From: Candidatus Omnitrophota bacterium
Lineage (GTDB): Bacteria > Omnitrophota > Gorgyraeia > Gygaellales > Profunditerraquicolaceae
Direction of reading: 5' to 3'
NCBI GenBank assembly: GCA_018825985.1
Contig: JAHKAP010000002.1
Span: forward strand, 650 to 64,649
DNA: 64,000 bases
Translations under genes and position numbers: made by a program
Shown here: positions 17,006-26,102 of the stretch, one piece after another
How positions within the stretch are numbered: the first letter of the stretch is position 1
Layout: every line of letters begins with the position of its first letter
The notes under the pieces: generated by a model
Databases searched by the model: none
What the model was told of the DNA's origin: nothing
Seen by the model: the letters and a program-made list of their open reading frames with translations, nothing else

Positions 17006-19148
17006 AGTTGATTCGCTGCTTTATGACGCCCTGATCAATAAAGGGATAGCCGCAAAAGATACCCTTGACCTCCTGATTAAGGAATCCGATGGGAGTTCCC
17101 AGAACCTGGTATCGATATTAAGTAAGCGGGGCGATTACAGCGAAGCGCAGATACTGAAGGTCTTAGCTGAAAAAACCGGTTTGGCTTTCCTGGACCTTAA
17201 GAATGTTGCTGTGCCTGAAGACATCACGGAGAAAATACCAGTAAAGATCGCCACCTATTATCGATTTCTGCCTATAGAGATAAAAGGCAGGATTTTGATC
17301 TGCGCGGTATCGTATCCATTGGATATCAAGATCCAGGATGAGATCCGCAACCAGCTGGGGTATGATATCGAACTTGTTCTGGCGGTTACCGAGGATATAG
17401 TCGAAGGCTTGAGAAAATATTACGGCCTGGCTGCGGATACTCTTGAGAAAATCGTATCCCAGGTCCCTAAAGATAGCGCTTCTTATCAGGATCCGACTCA
17501 GAAGATCGATGATATTGAGAAATTGGCCGAAGACGCCTCGGTTATAAAATTGGTTAATCAGATAATCCTGGAGGCGTTTCGTAAGCGGGCGACTGATATC
17601 CATATTGAGCCGTTCAGGGAGAGCGTGGCCATCCGTTATCGTATCGACGGATTGCTTTATGACGCGAACATCCCGGCTGAGGTTAGGAATTTTCTGGGGG
17701 CGATCATTTCCAGGATCAAGATCATGTCAAATCTAAATATTGTTGAGCACCGTCTCCCCCAGGACGGAAGGGCAGTAGTAAAGGTCCAGGAGCAGATATT
17801 GGACTTAAGGATTTCTACTATACCTACTCCTTTTGGAGAGAGCGTGGTTATTCGTATTCTTCCGACACAAATGCTTTTCAGCCTGGAAAGACTAGGATTG
17901 TCCAAAGGTGATCTGACTGTATTTGAAGATCTGATCAAAAAACCGCACGGAATAATATTTGTGACCGGGCCTACCGGAAGCGGAAAGACCACTACACTTT
18001 ACGCCTCTTTGACCAGGATCAATACCCGGGACCGTAAAATAATCACTATCGAGGATCCTATTGAATATGAAATGTCCGGGATAACCCAGATCCAGGTAAT
18101 GCCGGAGATTGGCCTGGATTTTGCCAGGGGCCTTAGGAGCATGCTCCGTCATGATCCGGATGTAATAATGGTAGGAGAGGTTCGGGACTTAGAGACTGCG
18201 GAGATCGCTATCCGGGTAGCTCTCACCGGGCATTTGATATTTTCTACACTGCATACTAATGACGCAGCCAGCGGCATAACCCGTTTAGTTGATATCGGTT
18301 TGGAGCCATATTTAGTCGCTTCCAGCATTGAGGCTTTTGTGGCCCAGCGCTTGATCCGGTTGATCTGTCCGGATTGCAAATATGAGGATAAAGTAATCGC
18401 GAACGAAGTCCGGCAGTTGATCGCCGGAGAACTGGGATTAAAATCGCCCCAGGAGGTTAAATTATACCGAGGTAAAGGATGCGCCAACTGTAACTTCAGC
18501 GGATTCTTCGGCCGGACCGCAATCTATGAAATCCTTTTGGTAGATGAACAGACAAAAGAGCTGATTGTGAAGAAGTCAGCTTCTAACCGGATAAAAAATC
18601 TGGCTGTTTCTAAGGGTATGCGCACCTTGCGCCAGGATGGGTGGCAGAAAGTTATCAAGGGCCTGACCACTCCCGAAGAAGTAATGCGGGTAACTTCTAT
18701 AGAGGAGATCAGAGAAAAGCCCCGGGAAGAAATTATTAGTCCGGGTATTGCCATTCGCGAAGATGAACAGAGCCGTCCGCTTTTGGATTCGGAAAGAAGG
18801 ATTTATAATCGTTTAGGAAGCAAGATAAACCTGCGTTATAAACCTTTTAAGAATGTTCAGGAATTGACTGATCGGGGATTTACCCTTGAGCAATTGAGCG
18901 TAACCAGGAATATTTCCGCCGGGGGCATATTATTTGTTTCTTCGGAGATCATTAATATCGGCACTTTCCTGGAATTAAAATTAGAATTGCCGAATAATGA
19001 AGAAGTGGTCAATTGTTTGGCCAGGGTGGTGCGGGTTGAAGAGCTTGCCGAAGGCAAGAGTTATGATGTGGCGGGAGTTTTTCTGGATATTACTTCTGCC
19101 CAGCGGGCCCGTTTAGATAAATATGTAATTAAAGGACTTGAGGAATAA
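16998..19148 (+). CDS. gspE: GspE/PilB-family secretion/pilus assembly ATPase with a C-terminal PilZ domain
   Basis: N-terminal GspE_N-like domain. Walker A GPTGSGKTTTLYA. Tetracysteine CPDC...CANC. The C-terminal roughly 120 aa carry the PilZ motifs RIYNR (RxxxR) and NISAGG (D/NxSxGG). Confidence 0.85.
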   Translation: MNKVDSLLYDALINKGIAAKDTLDLLIKESDGSSQNLVSILSKRGDYSEAQILKVLAEKTGLAFLDLKNVAVPEDITEKIPVKIATYYRFLPIEIKGRILICAVSYPLDIKIQDEIRNQLGYDIELVLAVTEDIVEGLRKYYGLAADTLEKIVSQVPKDSASYQDPTQKIDDIEKLAEDASVIKLVNQIILEAFRKRATDIHIEPFRESVAIRYRIDGLLYDANIPAEVRNFLGAIISRIKIMSNLNIVEHRLPQDGRAVVKVQEQILDLRISTIPTPFGESVVIRILPTQMLFSLERLGLSKGDLTVFEDLIKKPHGIIFVTGPTGSGKTTTLYASLTRINTRDRKIITIEDPIEYEMSGITQIQVMPEIGLDFARGLRSMLRHDPDVIMVGEVRDLETAEIAIRVALTGHLIFSTLHTNDAASGITRLVDIGLEPYLVASSIEAFVAQRLIRLICPDCKYEDKVIANEVRQLIAGELGLKSPQEVKLYRGKGCANCNFSGFFGRTAIYEILLVDEQTKELIVKKSASNRIKNLAVSKGMRTLRQDGWQKVIKGLTTPEEVMRVTSIEEIREKPREEIISPGIAIREDEQSRPLLDSERRIYNRLGSKINLRYKPFKNVQELTDRGFTLEQLSVTRNISAGGILFVSSEIINIGTFLELKLELPNNEEVVNCLARVVRVEELAEGKSYDVAGVFLDITSAQRARLDKYVIKGLEE

Positions 19149-20367
19149 TATGATCTATAAATATAAGGCTAAGAACGGACCGGAAAATTCAGTAGAAGGA
19201 AAGATATCCGCCCAGTCAGAAAATGATGCGATCGAAAAAATTACCCAAATGGGCTATGTGCCGGTAAGCATCCAGGAAGAAGCCCAAAATCAAAGGCAAT
19301 CCAGGGTTTTTAATCTAAATTTTAGCTTCGCCAGGGTTAGTTCTCAAGACATAACGATTTTTAGTTCTCAATTGGCCAGCCTGCTTAAATCCGGAGTGCC
19401 TTTTTTGAATGCCATAAACATAATATCCGAACAGTCGGAGAACCCGAATTTCAAGAATGTTCTTAAGAACATCCACAATATAGTAAAAGAAGGGTCTGAT
19501 TTTTCTACAGCCCTTAGCCAATATCCTTCAGTTTTTTCCCCGCTTTACCTGGCTATGGTGCGCACCGGTGAAAATAGCGGGCAGCTGCCGGAAGTGCTTT
19601 TAAAGATTGCGGAATACCGCAAGAAACAGGAGGAGGTGCTCTCACGCCTGCGCATGGCCATGGCCTATCCGATCCTGATGGTAATCGTTGGTTTAGGGAC
19701 GATTATTTTTATGTTAACTTTTGTTATTCCCCGCCTAACCAGGCTTTATTCGAACATGGGCCAGGTATTACCCCTGCCAACCAGGATCCTGATAGCTTTA
19801 AGCGATGGATTAAGACAGTGGTGGTTATGGATAGTAATATTTTTAGTGCTTTTGGTTACTCTTATCCGGCGTCAGGCTCAGACTGATGCGGGCAGGTTAT
19901 CGATTAGTATCCTTAAACTGCGCCTGCCGATCTTCGGTAAATTAATGCTTAAATCTGAATTAGGCCGGTTTTGCCGGACCCTGGAGTTATTGATAAAAAG
20001 CGGAGTGCCGATCCTGCGGGCGATCCACATAAGTATACCGGTTTTAGGCAATGAGGTTATAAAATTAAAATTCAAGAAAAGCTATAAAGACCTGGAACAG
20101 GGCGGTTCTTTCGGATCAAGCCTTAAGGATTCCAGGGTAATACCGGTATTTATGAGTAATCTCATTATAGTTGGCGAGCAATCCGGCAGGCTTTATGAGG
20201 CCCTGGCTGAAGTCGCGGGTACTTATGAGCGCGATACTGATGAGGCTATTAAGACCATGAGCAGCCTTTTGGAGCCGATAATGGTTTTGGTAATGGGCCT
20301 GGTCGTGGGATTTATTGTAGTAGCTATGCTTTTACCGATATTTGAGATCAATATGATGGTGCGTTAG
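19138..20367 (+). CDS. gspF: GspF/PilC-family inner-membrane platform protein
   Basis: 409 aa. Two T2SS-F-type repeats (..LLKSGVPFLNAI.., ..LIKSGVPILRAI..) and 3 TM segments. Confidence 0.85.
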   Translation: MRNNMIYKYKAKNGPENSVEGKISAQSENDAIEKITQMGYVPVSIQEEAQNQRQSRVFNLNFSFARVSSQDITIFSSQLASLLKSGVPFLNAINIISEQSENPNFKNVLKNIHNIVKEGSDFSTALSQYPSVFSPLYLAMVRTGENSGQLPEVLLKIAEYRKKQEEVLSRLRMAMAYPILMVIVGLGTIIFMLTFVIPRLTRLYSNMGQVLPLPTRILIALSDGLRQWWLWIVIFLVLLVTLIRRQAQTDAGRLSISILKLRLPIFGKLMLKSELGRFCRTLELLIKSGVPILRAIHISIPVLGNEVIKLKFKKSYKDLEQGGSFGSSLKDSRVIPVFMSNLIIVGEQSGRLYEALAEVAGTYERDTDEAIKTMSSLLEPIMVLVMGLVVGFIVVAMLLPIFEINMMVR

Positions 20368-20422
20368 TATGGAAAATATAAAGAGGGTATTTATTACTGA
20401 TAACGGTAAAGAGGCTTAAGTA

Positions 20423-21292
20423 GTGCCTATTATCGTAGTTCCGAAGAAAATAACCCTCCTTTTGCTCATACTTTCAATTCTTTGTTCAATAAACAGCTCA
20501 GCGGCTTCAGACTGGAAAGAATTAAGTAGCGAGCATTTTATACTTTATTATATGAACGATGAAAATTTTTCTTCTCAGGTTTTGAATAAAGCTGAGAATT
20601 ATTATCAGCGGATCGCTTCGGACCTGGGCTATGCCAGGAATTCTAACTTTTGGACCTGGAATAATAGAGCAAAGATATATATATATCCCGATCACGGTTC
20701 TTTTATGAGATCAACCGGCCAGCCTGACTGGTCTAAAGGGATGGCTGATTATAATAAAAAGGAGATAGTCAGCTTTTTGGGTTCGGGAAGTTTTGTAGAA
20801 TCGATATTGCCGCATGAGATGACTCATTTGATCTTTCGGGATTTTGTGGGATTTAAGGGTGAGATCCCGCTCTGGCTGGAAGAGGGCATCGCTCAGTGGG
20901 AAGAAGAGAAAGACAGGGAGATGTTTAGGGATTATCTCGGGAAATATCTGAGCAAGAATCTCCTTATATCCCTAGAAGAGCTCAATGTCCTGGATATACG
21001 AAACATTAAAAAAGAAGACCGGCTTTATTTAAGGGTAATATACGCCGGCGAGTCTAAGGGATTTCCGGTATTCTTAAGCGGGGATAATCTGGTTAAAGTA
21101 TATTATATGGAATCGGTGTCTATAGTAAGTTTTCTTATTGAAATATACGGAACGGATAGTTTTGTTTCCCTCTGCCGCGGATTGCGGGAAGGAAAAACTT
21201 TTGCGGACGCTTTAAAATCAGCTTATTCTCCGTTGATAAATTCTATGTCAGAACTTGAAAATAAATGGATTGAATATCTGCGGAAGTTTTAA
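20423..21292 (+). CDS. Secreted HExxH zinc-metallopeptidase-like protein (HEMTH...EEG), GTG start, signal peptide
   Basis: N-terminal MPIIVVPKKITLLLLILSILCSINSSAASDW resembles a signal peptide. Motifs LPHEMTHLIF and EEGIAQW. Embedded between gspF and gspG. Confidence 0.5.
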   Translation: MPIIVVPKKITLLLLILSILCSINSSAASDWKELSSEHFILYYMNDENFSSQVLNKAENYYQRIASDLGYARNSNFWTWNNRAKIYIYPDHGSFMRSTGQPDWSKGMADYNKKEIVSFLGSGSFVESILPHEMTHLIFRDFVGFKGEIPLWLEEGIAQWEEEKDREMFRDYLGKYLSKNLLISLEELNVLDIRNIKKEDRLYLRVIYAGESKGFPVFLSGDNLVKVYYMESVSIVSFLIEIYGTDSFVSLCRGLREGKTFADALKSAYSPLINSMSELENKWIEYLRKF

Positions 21293-21312
21293 CTAAGCAA
21301 GGGAGGTATTTT

Positions 21313-21717
21313 ATGAAAAGGATTAAAGGCTTTACACTTATCGAATTGATGCTGGTCGTTGTAATTATTGGGGCATTGGTAGCTATGGTAATGCCGCGGC
21401 TGACCGGCAGAAGCGAGCAGGCCAGGACTACCGCCGCTTCAGCTGATATCCAGGCTAATATCGCTACCGCTTTAAAGCTTTACGAACTGGATAACGGCAA
21501 TTTTCCTACCACGGAAGAAGGTTTAAACGCCCTTTTAACCAGGCCGGCTAGCGCGAGGAATTGGAGCGGGCCATATTTAGAGAGAAAGCCGATTGACCCT
21601 TGGGGCAGGGAATATAATTATAAGTGCCCGGGTGAACACCGGCCGGCGGATTATGATTTGTATTCTTTAGGCAAGGATGGCGCAGAAAGCCCCGATGATG
21701 TTAAAAACTGGGAATAA
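21313..21717 (+). CDS. gspG: GspG-like major pseudopilin with prepilin leader
   Basis: KGFTLIELMLVVVIIG prepilin cleavage/methylation motif (G|F, E+5). C-terminal DPWGREYNY..PG....DYDLYSLGKDG..SPDD is GspG-like. Confidence 0.85.
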   Translation: MKRIKGFTLIELMLVVVIIGALVAMVMPRLTGRSEQARTTAASADIQANIATALKLYELDNGNFPTTEEGLNALLTRPASARNWSGPYLERKPIDPWGREYNYKCPGEHRPADYDLYSLGKDGAESPDDVKNWE

Positions 21718-22096
21718 AGGGTTTACACTAATTGAGGTGTTAGTTGCTGCCGCGGTTTTATCCTTGGGATTGGTATTTATTTACGAAGCTTTTTTTATCT
21801 CGTTGGATACCTTTAGATATTATTCGGATTACCTGAATATCGCTCCCAAAGCGGAGGAAATACTCTGGCTCACTCAGGATTCGCTGATCCGTACAGGCGT
21901 GGTTTATAATATGGACCAGGCAGGAGGATCAGTAATAAACGACAGCAGCGGTATTCTCTTGAATTTTAATATAGCCAGTAGCCTTGTAGATGACAAATAC
22001 GGCCTTTACGAGGTTGGTTTAAATGCTGTTTGGAAGAATGGAAAAAGATTGCGCAGCACAACCCGGGACAGTTATGTTATCCGCCAAATTAAATAA
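21695..22096 (+). CDS. Minor pseudopilin with prepilin leader
   Basis: MMLKTGNKGFTLIEVLVAAAVLSLGL. Start placed at the ATG at 21695, in frame with track ORF 21677. Confidence 0.7.
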   Translation: MMLKTGNKGFTLIEVLVAAAVLSLGLVFIYEAFFISLDTFRYYSDYLNIAPKAEEILWLTQDSLIRTGVVYNMDQAGGSVINDSSGILLNFNIASSLVDDKYGLYEVGLNAVWKNGKRLRSTTRDSYVIRQIK

Positions 22097-22151
22097 CCGT
22101 CCCGCACCTTCTAAAAAATTAAATGATTTTAAAACAAATGGTTTTAGTATT

Positions 22152-22730
22152 ATGAATAGAAAAGAAGGTGCGGGGTTCACCCTTATAGAGTTATTGATGG
22201 TTGTTTCAATGCTTTCAGTCATCTCCCTGGCTATTTTTTCTACTTTTAATAACGGGATAAAAATCTGGCAGAAGGTTAATAAACAATCAGATCGCGAGGA
22301 TATCAATATTTTTCTTGATAAGTTTGTCTCGGACTTGAGGAACACCCTTAGTTTTACCGGAATAAGTTTTATCGGGACTGAAAATAAAATCAGCTTTCCC
22401 CGTATAGTTAATAGCAAAAACCTGGTTGTGAATACGGTCGGTAGGATTATTTACAGTTATGATGACGGGGCGCGTTTAATTTTCCGCCAGCAGCAGGATT
22501 TTTCTCAGGTTGCCACAGATAAAGAATCTTTTAACCAGAGAGTATTAGGAAATGTTACATCGTTTAGATTCCAATATTATCATTATGATACCGATAAAAA
22601 AGAATATCTTTGGCTTAAAGAATGGAATAGTTTGCAGACGCCTTTAGCGGTAAGAATCGAATTCGAGAATTTAAATAAAGATAAAAAGGCTGAATTTACA
22701 AGAAGTGTTTTTATACCGGTAGGTTTCTAA
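22152..22730 (+). CDS. Minor pseudopilin (GspJ-like size) with prepilin leader
   Basis: MNRKEGAGFTLIELLMVVSMLSVISLAIF. Start at the ATG at 22152 inside track ORF 22023. Confidence 0.7.
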   Translation: MNRKEGAGFTLIELLMVVSMLSVISLAIFSTFNNGIKIWQKVNKQSDREDINIFLDKFVSDLRNTLSFTGISFIGTENKISFPRIVNSKNLVVNTVGRIIYSYDDGARLIFRQQQDFSQVATDKESFNQRVLGNVTSFRFQYYHYDTDKKEYLWLKEWNSLQTPLAVRIEFENLNKDKKAEFTRSVFIPVGF

Positions 22731-22732
22731 GA

Positions 22733-23749
22733 ATGCTGAAAAAAAATAACCCCGCTCTTAAGGCGAGCATACTAATTATTAGCCTTTGGACGGTTTGTTT
22801 GCTGTCCATATTTTGCGTGTATTTAGGGTATAATGTCCGGCAAAAGATAACTCTGGTCAAGCGCCTGGAAGAGAGGAATAAGCTTTATTATATCGCCGAC
22901 GCGGGGGTAAAAAAAGCGATTGTCTGTTTGTTAGGCGTTGATCCGGAAATTGAGTATATGGCGCTCAATGGTGATTGGGCAGATAACCCCGGGCTATTCC
23001 AGGACATTGATTTTAATGGAGGAAGTTTTAGCGTCGGCTATAATTATTCTTCCGGAGGCGCAACTCAGACCAGATACGGACTGGTAGACGAGGAGCGCAA
23101 GGTGAATATAAACACGGCTGATGCCGGAGTGCTGCGGCGTTTATTTCAATTAGTTCTAAATTTTTCGGAAGGGGAGGCCTCAGGCTTAGCTTATTCGATT
23201 ATTGATTGGAGGGATAGCGACAACCAGTTATCCGACTCCGCAAGAGGAGCAGAGTCCGCCTATTATCATTCGCTTAAATACCCTTATAGCTGCAAGAATT
23301 CCGAATTTGAGATTTTAGAAGAGGTCCTTCTTATTAAAGGAATGAGTGAGGATATTTCTAACAAGATCAAAGACTATATTACTATATACGGCGATGGGCG
23401 GGTAAACATTAATACCGCGTCTTTGGAGGTTTTACTGGCTTTGGGATTAAGCCCGAAGATCTGCGCTGATATAATCGAATTTAGAAAAGGTAAGGACGCG
23501 GCAGAAGGCACAACCGATGATAATTTTTTTTCTCAAAATTCGGATATTGCCACGCGCCTTCAAACAAGGTATAATTTAAACCAAATAGAAATGGCTGAAG
23601 TAGAGAGCGTGGCCTCAAATTACCTGTCGTGTAATTCGTTTTTTTTTATGATCCGCAGTGTCGCCAGGCTCACAGATAAAAAGAATCAACTGGAAGTAAT
23701 TTGCGTTGTCAACAGGTTGGGTGATATTTTATATTGGCGGGAGACGTAA
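22733..23749 (+). CDS. gspK: GspK-like pseudopilin tip protein
   Basis: N-terminal KASILIISLWTVCLL hydrophobic segment lacking E5. Two KVNINTA-type helix-hairpin-helix motifs (RKVNINTADAGVL, RVNINTASLEVL). Confidence 0.7.
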   Translation: MLKKNNPALKASILIISLWTVCLLSIFCVYLGYNVRQKITLVKRLEERNKLYYIADAGVKKAIVCLLGVDPEIEYMALNGDWADNPGLFQDIDFNGGSFSVGYNYSSGGATQTRYGLVDEERKVNINTADAGVLRRLFQLVLNFSEGEASGLAYSIIDWRDSDNQLSDSARGAESAYYHSLKYPYSCKNSEFEILEEVLLIKGMSEDISNKIKDYITIYGDGRVNINTASLEVLLALGLSPKICADIIEFRKGKDAAEGTTDDNFFSQNSDIATRLQTRYNLNQIEMAEVESVASNYLSCNSFFFMIRSVARLTDKKNQLEVICVVNRLGDILYWRET

Positions 23750-25197
23750 TGTTTATATCGGGAATCAGGCGAAGGGACCTGGTAGGAATAGAGTTCGGCG
23801 CTAATAAGCTTAAACTTGCTTATCTGCGTTGTTTAGGCGGCAAACGGGAATTAGCCGGTGTTGTCAGTAAAGATACGCTCGGATGCTCGGATACCGATAT
23901 CTCGGGTGTTATTCTTGCCTTTCTTAACCAGCATAATATCAAGAACCCGGAGTTTATCAGTGTCATATCATCCAGCTCGGTAATAACTAAGAACATAGAA
24001 GTGCCCTCGGTTGATCCCCAAGAGATCAAGGGGATCATAAATCTCCAGGCTGCCAGGCATACGCCTTATTCCCGCGAAGAGATCATCGTCGACTATATAG
24101 ATATAGGTAATTATAAAAATAACTATACCAAAATATTGCTGGTGATAGTAGTCTCGAGCCTTATAAAAAAATACGTTGAAATCTTAGGGGGGGCCGGTTT
24201 AGGGATTGAAAAAGTACTTTTGGCGTCCGAGGGTATGGCCTGGGCCGCTATGCATATCCTTAAAGTCGAAAATAAGGATATCCCTGTTTGCCTTCTGCAC
24301 ATAGATGAGAATTCTAGCGATTTTGCGATTGTCTTTAAGAATAAATTGGCCTTTATCCGCTCTATACCTATAGGGGCTAAGGCGCTATCGGGTGAGTTCG
24401 ATATACAAAAGGATAAATATTGCGAAGAAGTAAAAAAATCCATGGAATCATATCAAGGCGAGGACATAGAAAAAAATCCCGGGAGTATTTTGATTACCGG
24501 GGCTATTGATGGGCTAAAAGGCCTTGAAACCGCTTTATCCCTGGCGTTGAATAAGGATAGCCGGGTGGTCCCGTATTTAAGGAATATTTCTATTTCTAAA
24601 GATCTTTTAAAAAGCATAGATGTATCAGCGGCTTCATATTTTAATCTGGTGAGCCCTCTATTGGCTTGTGATGATATGTTGGTTGATCTTATTCCCGAAG
24701 AGGCAAAGATAAAAAAAGAGCTTGAGGCCAGGGGAAGGGACTTGATTAAAAGCGGGATTCTAGTCCTGACTTTTTTTATTCTGGTATTTTTTATTTTAAT
24801 GAGCAAAATTTATTTTAAAAGTTTTTATTTAAATAAAATCGACTCCCGCTATAAAGGTATCAATCAGGAAGCCTCTAAACTGGAGAAAGATTTTGACCGG
24901 ATAAACCTGATTAAGAATTATCTGGGGAAAAGGGGGTATCCTCTGGAGATCTTGACTGAGATTTACGGACTTTTACCACTGCAGATAGAATTAAGCGATC
25001 TGCGTTTCGACGAACAAGGAAAATTCGTAGTCCGGGGGAGTGCGGAATCGATGTCCACGGTTTTTAGTTTCGTTGACGAAATGGAGAGGTCTAAATATTT
25101 TAAAGACGTAAAGACCAAGTATACCACCCGGCGCAAGCAGGATAAGAAGGATGTTACCGATTTTGAGATAAACTGCCTGCTGGAAAAGGAAGGATAA
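23734..25197 (+). CDS. GspL-like / PilM-PilN fusion: cytoplasmic actin-like domain, TM helix, periplasmic domain
   Basis: N-terminal LVGIEFGANKLKLAYL (PilM-like). TM helix ILVLTFFILVFFILMS near residue 340, then a periplasmic segment of about 130 aa. Confidence 0.6.
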   Translation: MAGDVMFISGIRRRDLVGIEFGANKLKLAYLRCLGGKRELAGVVSKDTLGCSDTDISGVILAFLNQHNIKNPEFISVISSSSVITKNIEVPSVDPQEIKGIINLQAARHTPYSREEIIVDYIDIGNYKNNYTKILLVIVVSSLIKKYVEILGGAGLGIEKVLLASEGMAWAAMHILKVENKDIPVCLLHIDENSSDFAIVFKNKLAFIRSIPIGAKALSGEFDIQKDKYCEEVKKSMESYQGEDIEKNPGSILITGAIDGLKGLETALSLALNKDSRVVPYLRNISISKDLLKSIDVSAASYFNLVSPLLACDDMLVDLIPEEAKIKKELEARGRDLIKSGILVLTFFILVFFILMSKIYFKSFYLNKIDSRYKGINQEASKLEKDFDRINLIKNYLGKRGYPLEILTEIYGLLPLQIELSDLRFDEQGKFVVRGSAESMSTVFSFVDEMERSKYFKDVKTKYTTRRKQDKKDVTDFEINCLLEKEG

Positions 25198-25754
25198 TGA
25201 TAAAACTAGAGGCCATCAATTCATTCCTGGCCCGTTTGAACAAAAGAGAAAAGCTTATCTTGTACTGCGCTCTAGCCGTTATCTCGCTGACCCTCTTGGA
25301 CCGGCTGGTTATAAGTCCGGTAACATCCAGGATCCAGGGATTATCAGCAGAGATTCTTGATAAACATACCGCTATTAAAAGAAGCTTAAAGATCCTATCT
25401 CAAAAAGACAAAATATTGGCTGAGGCCGCTAAGTATAACCCTTATCTCGATGGGTTAAAAAGCGAAGATGAAGAGATGACCAGCATATTAAGGGAGATCG
25501 AAGGGTTGGCGAACAAAAGCTCGGTTTATCTGTTCGATCTCAAACCCTCCGGGGTAAAGGATATGGGCCCGTTTAAGAAATATTTTGTAACCTTAAGCTG
25601 CGAGGCTCAGGTTGAGCAGCTGGTTGGATTTTTTTATGGAATAGAGAATTCCGATAAATTGCTTTCGATCGATAAATATCAATTGATGCCCAAATCCAGC
25701 GAATCATCTGTGGCTAAATGCTCGATGACCATCTCTAAAATGACATTGCCTTAA
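25197..25754 (+). CDS. GspM/PilO-like bitopic inner-membrane component
   Basis: 185 aa. N-terminal TM helix LILYCALAVISLTLL, then a soluble domain. Position after the GspL-like gene. Confidence 0.5.
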   Translation: MIKLEAINSFLARLNKREKLILYCALAVISLTLLDRLVISPVTSRIQGLSAEILDKHTAIKRSLKILSQKDKILAEAAKYNPYLDGLKSEDEEMTSILREIEGLANKSSVYLFDLKPSGVKDMGPFKKYFVTLSCEAQVEQLVGFFYGIENSDKLLSIDKYQLMPKSSESSVAKCSMTISKMTLP

Positions 25755-25763
25755 GAAAACGCC

Positions 25764-25815
25764 GGGACGGTTCTATGCTAAATAGCGATTCGAATAGAAC
25801 CGTCCCTAAATTTTT
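25764..25815 (+). terminator. Intrinsic terminator-like hairpin (GGGACGGTTCT family copy B) followed by a T-run
   Basis: GGGACGGTTCTAT...ATAGAACCGTCCC stem (25764-25776 and 25794-25806), then TAAATTTTT. Ends the atp/gsp cluster. Confidence 0.6.
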
Positions 25816-25825
25816 AAAAAAAAGG

Positions 25826-25854
25826 TTGACAAACTCAAATTCATAGTGTATATT
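25826..25854 (+). promoter_or_regulatory. Consensus sigma70-type promoter upstream of tRNA-Thr
   Basis: TTGACA (25826-31), 17 bp spacer, TATATT (25849-54). An A/T-rich UP-like tract lies upstream (TTTTTAAAAAAAA). Confidence 0.6.
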
Positions 25855-25997
25855 TGCTCGTCTACGTGAAACATAGGGAGCCTTTCCTGGCAGTCAGACG
25901 ATAATTACTTACAGGCTATTCCTAGGCGTAAAAAAAAGAGAATAATTTAAAATTCTTGAGGTGGTTTTTTTTTATTTAAGGCTACATTCAGCATAAT

Positions 25998-26070
25998 GCT
26001 GGAGTAGCTCAGTTGGTAGAGCACGTCCTTGGTAAGGACGGGGTCGCGGGTTCGATTCCCGTCTCCAGCT
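25998..26070 (+). tRNA. tRNA-Thr (anticodon GGT)
   Basis: Cloverleaf GCTGGAG/CTCCAGC acceptor, GCTC..GAGC D-arm, anticodon stem CGTCC/GGACG with loop TTGGTAA, GTTCGATTCC T-arm. No encoded CCA. Confidence 0.9.
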
Positions 26071-26102
26071 TAGCTAATCCAAGATAATTTGAAAAATAAG
26101 TC

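Noticed and set aside
20369-20419. 16-codon ORF (MENIKRVFITDNGKEA) upstream of the metallopeptidase-like gene
   Set aside because: It is too short, with no support. It is probably incidental within the intergenic spacer.
25962-25975. GGTGG-T9 run as an intrinsic terminator between the promoter and tRNA-Thr
   Set aside because: No convincing GC-rich stem precedes it. The tRNA has no promoter of its own downstream, so read-through from the 25826 promoter is more plausible.
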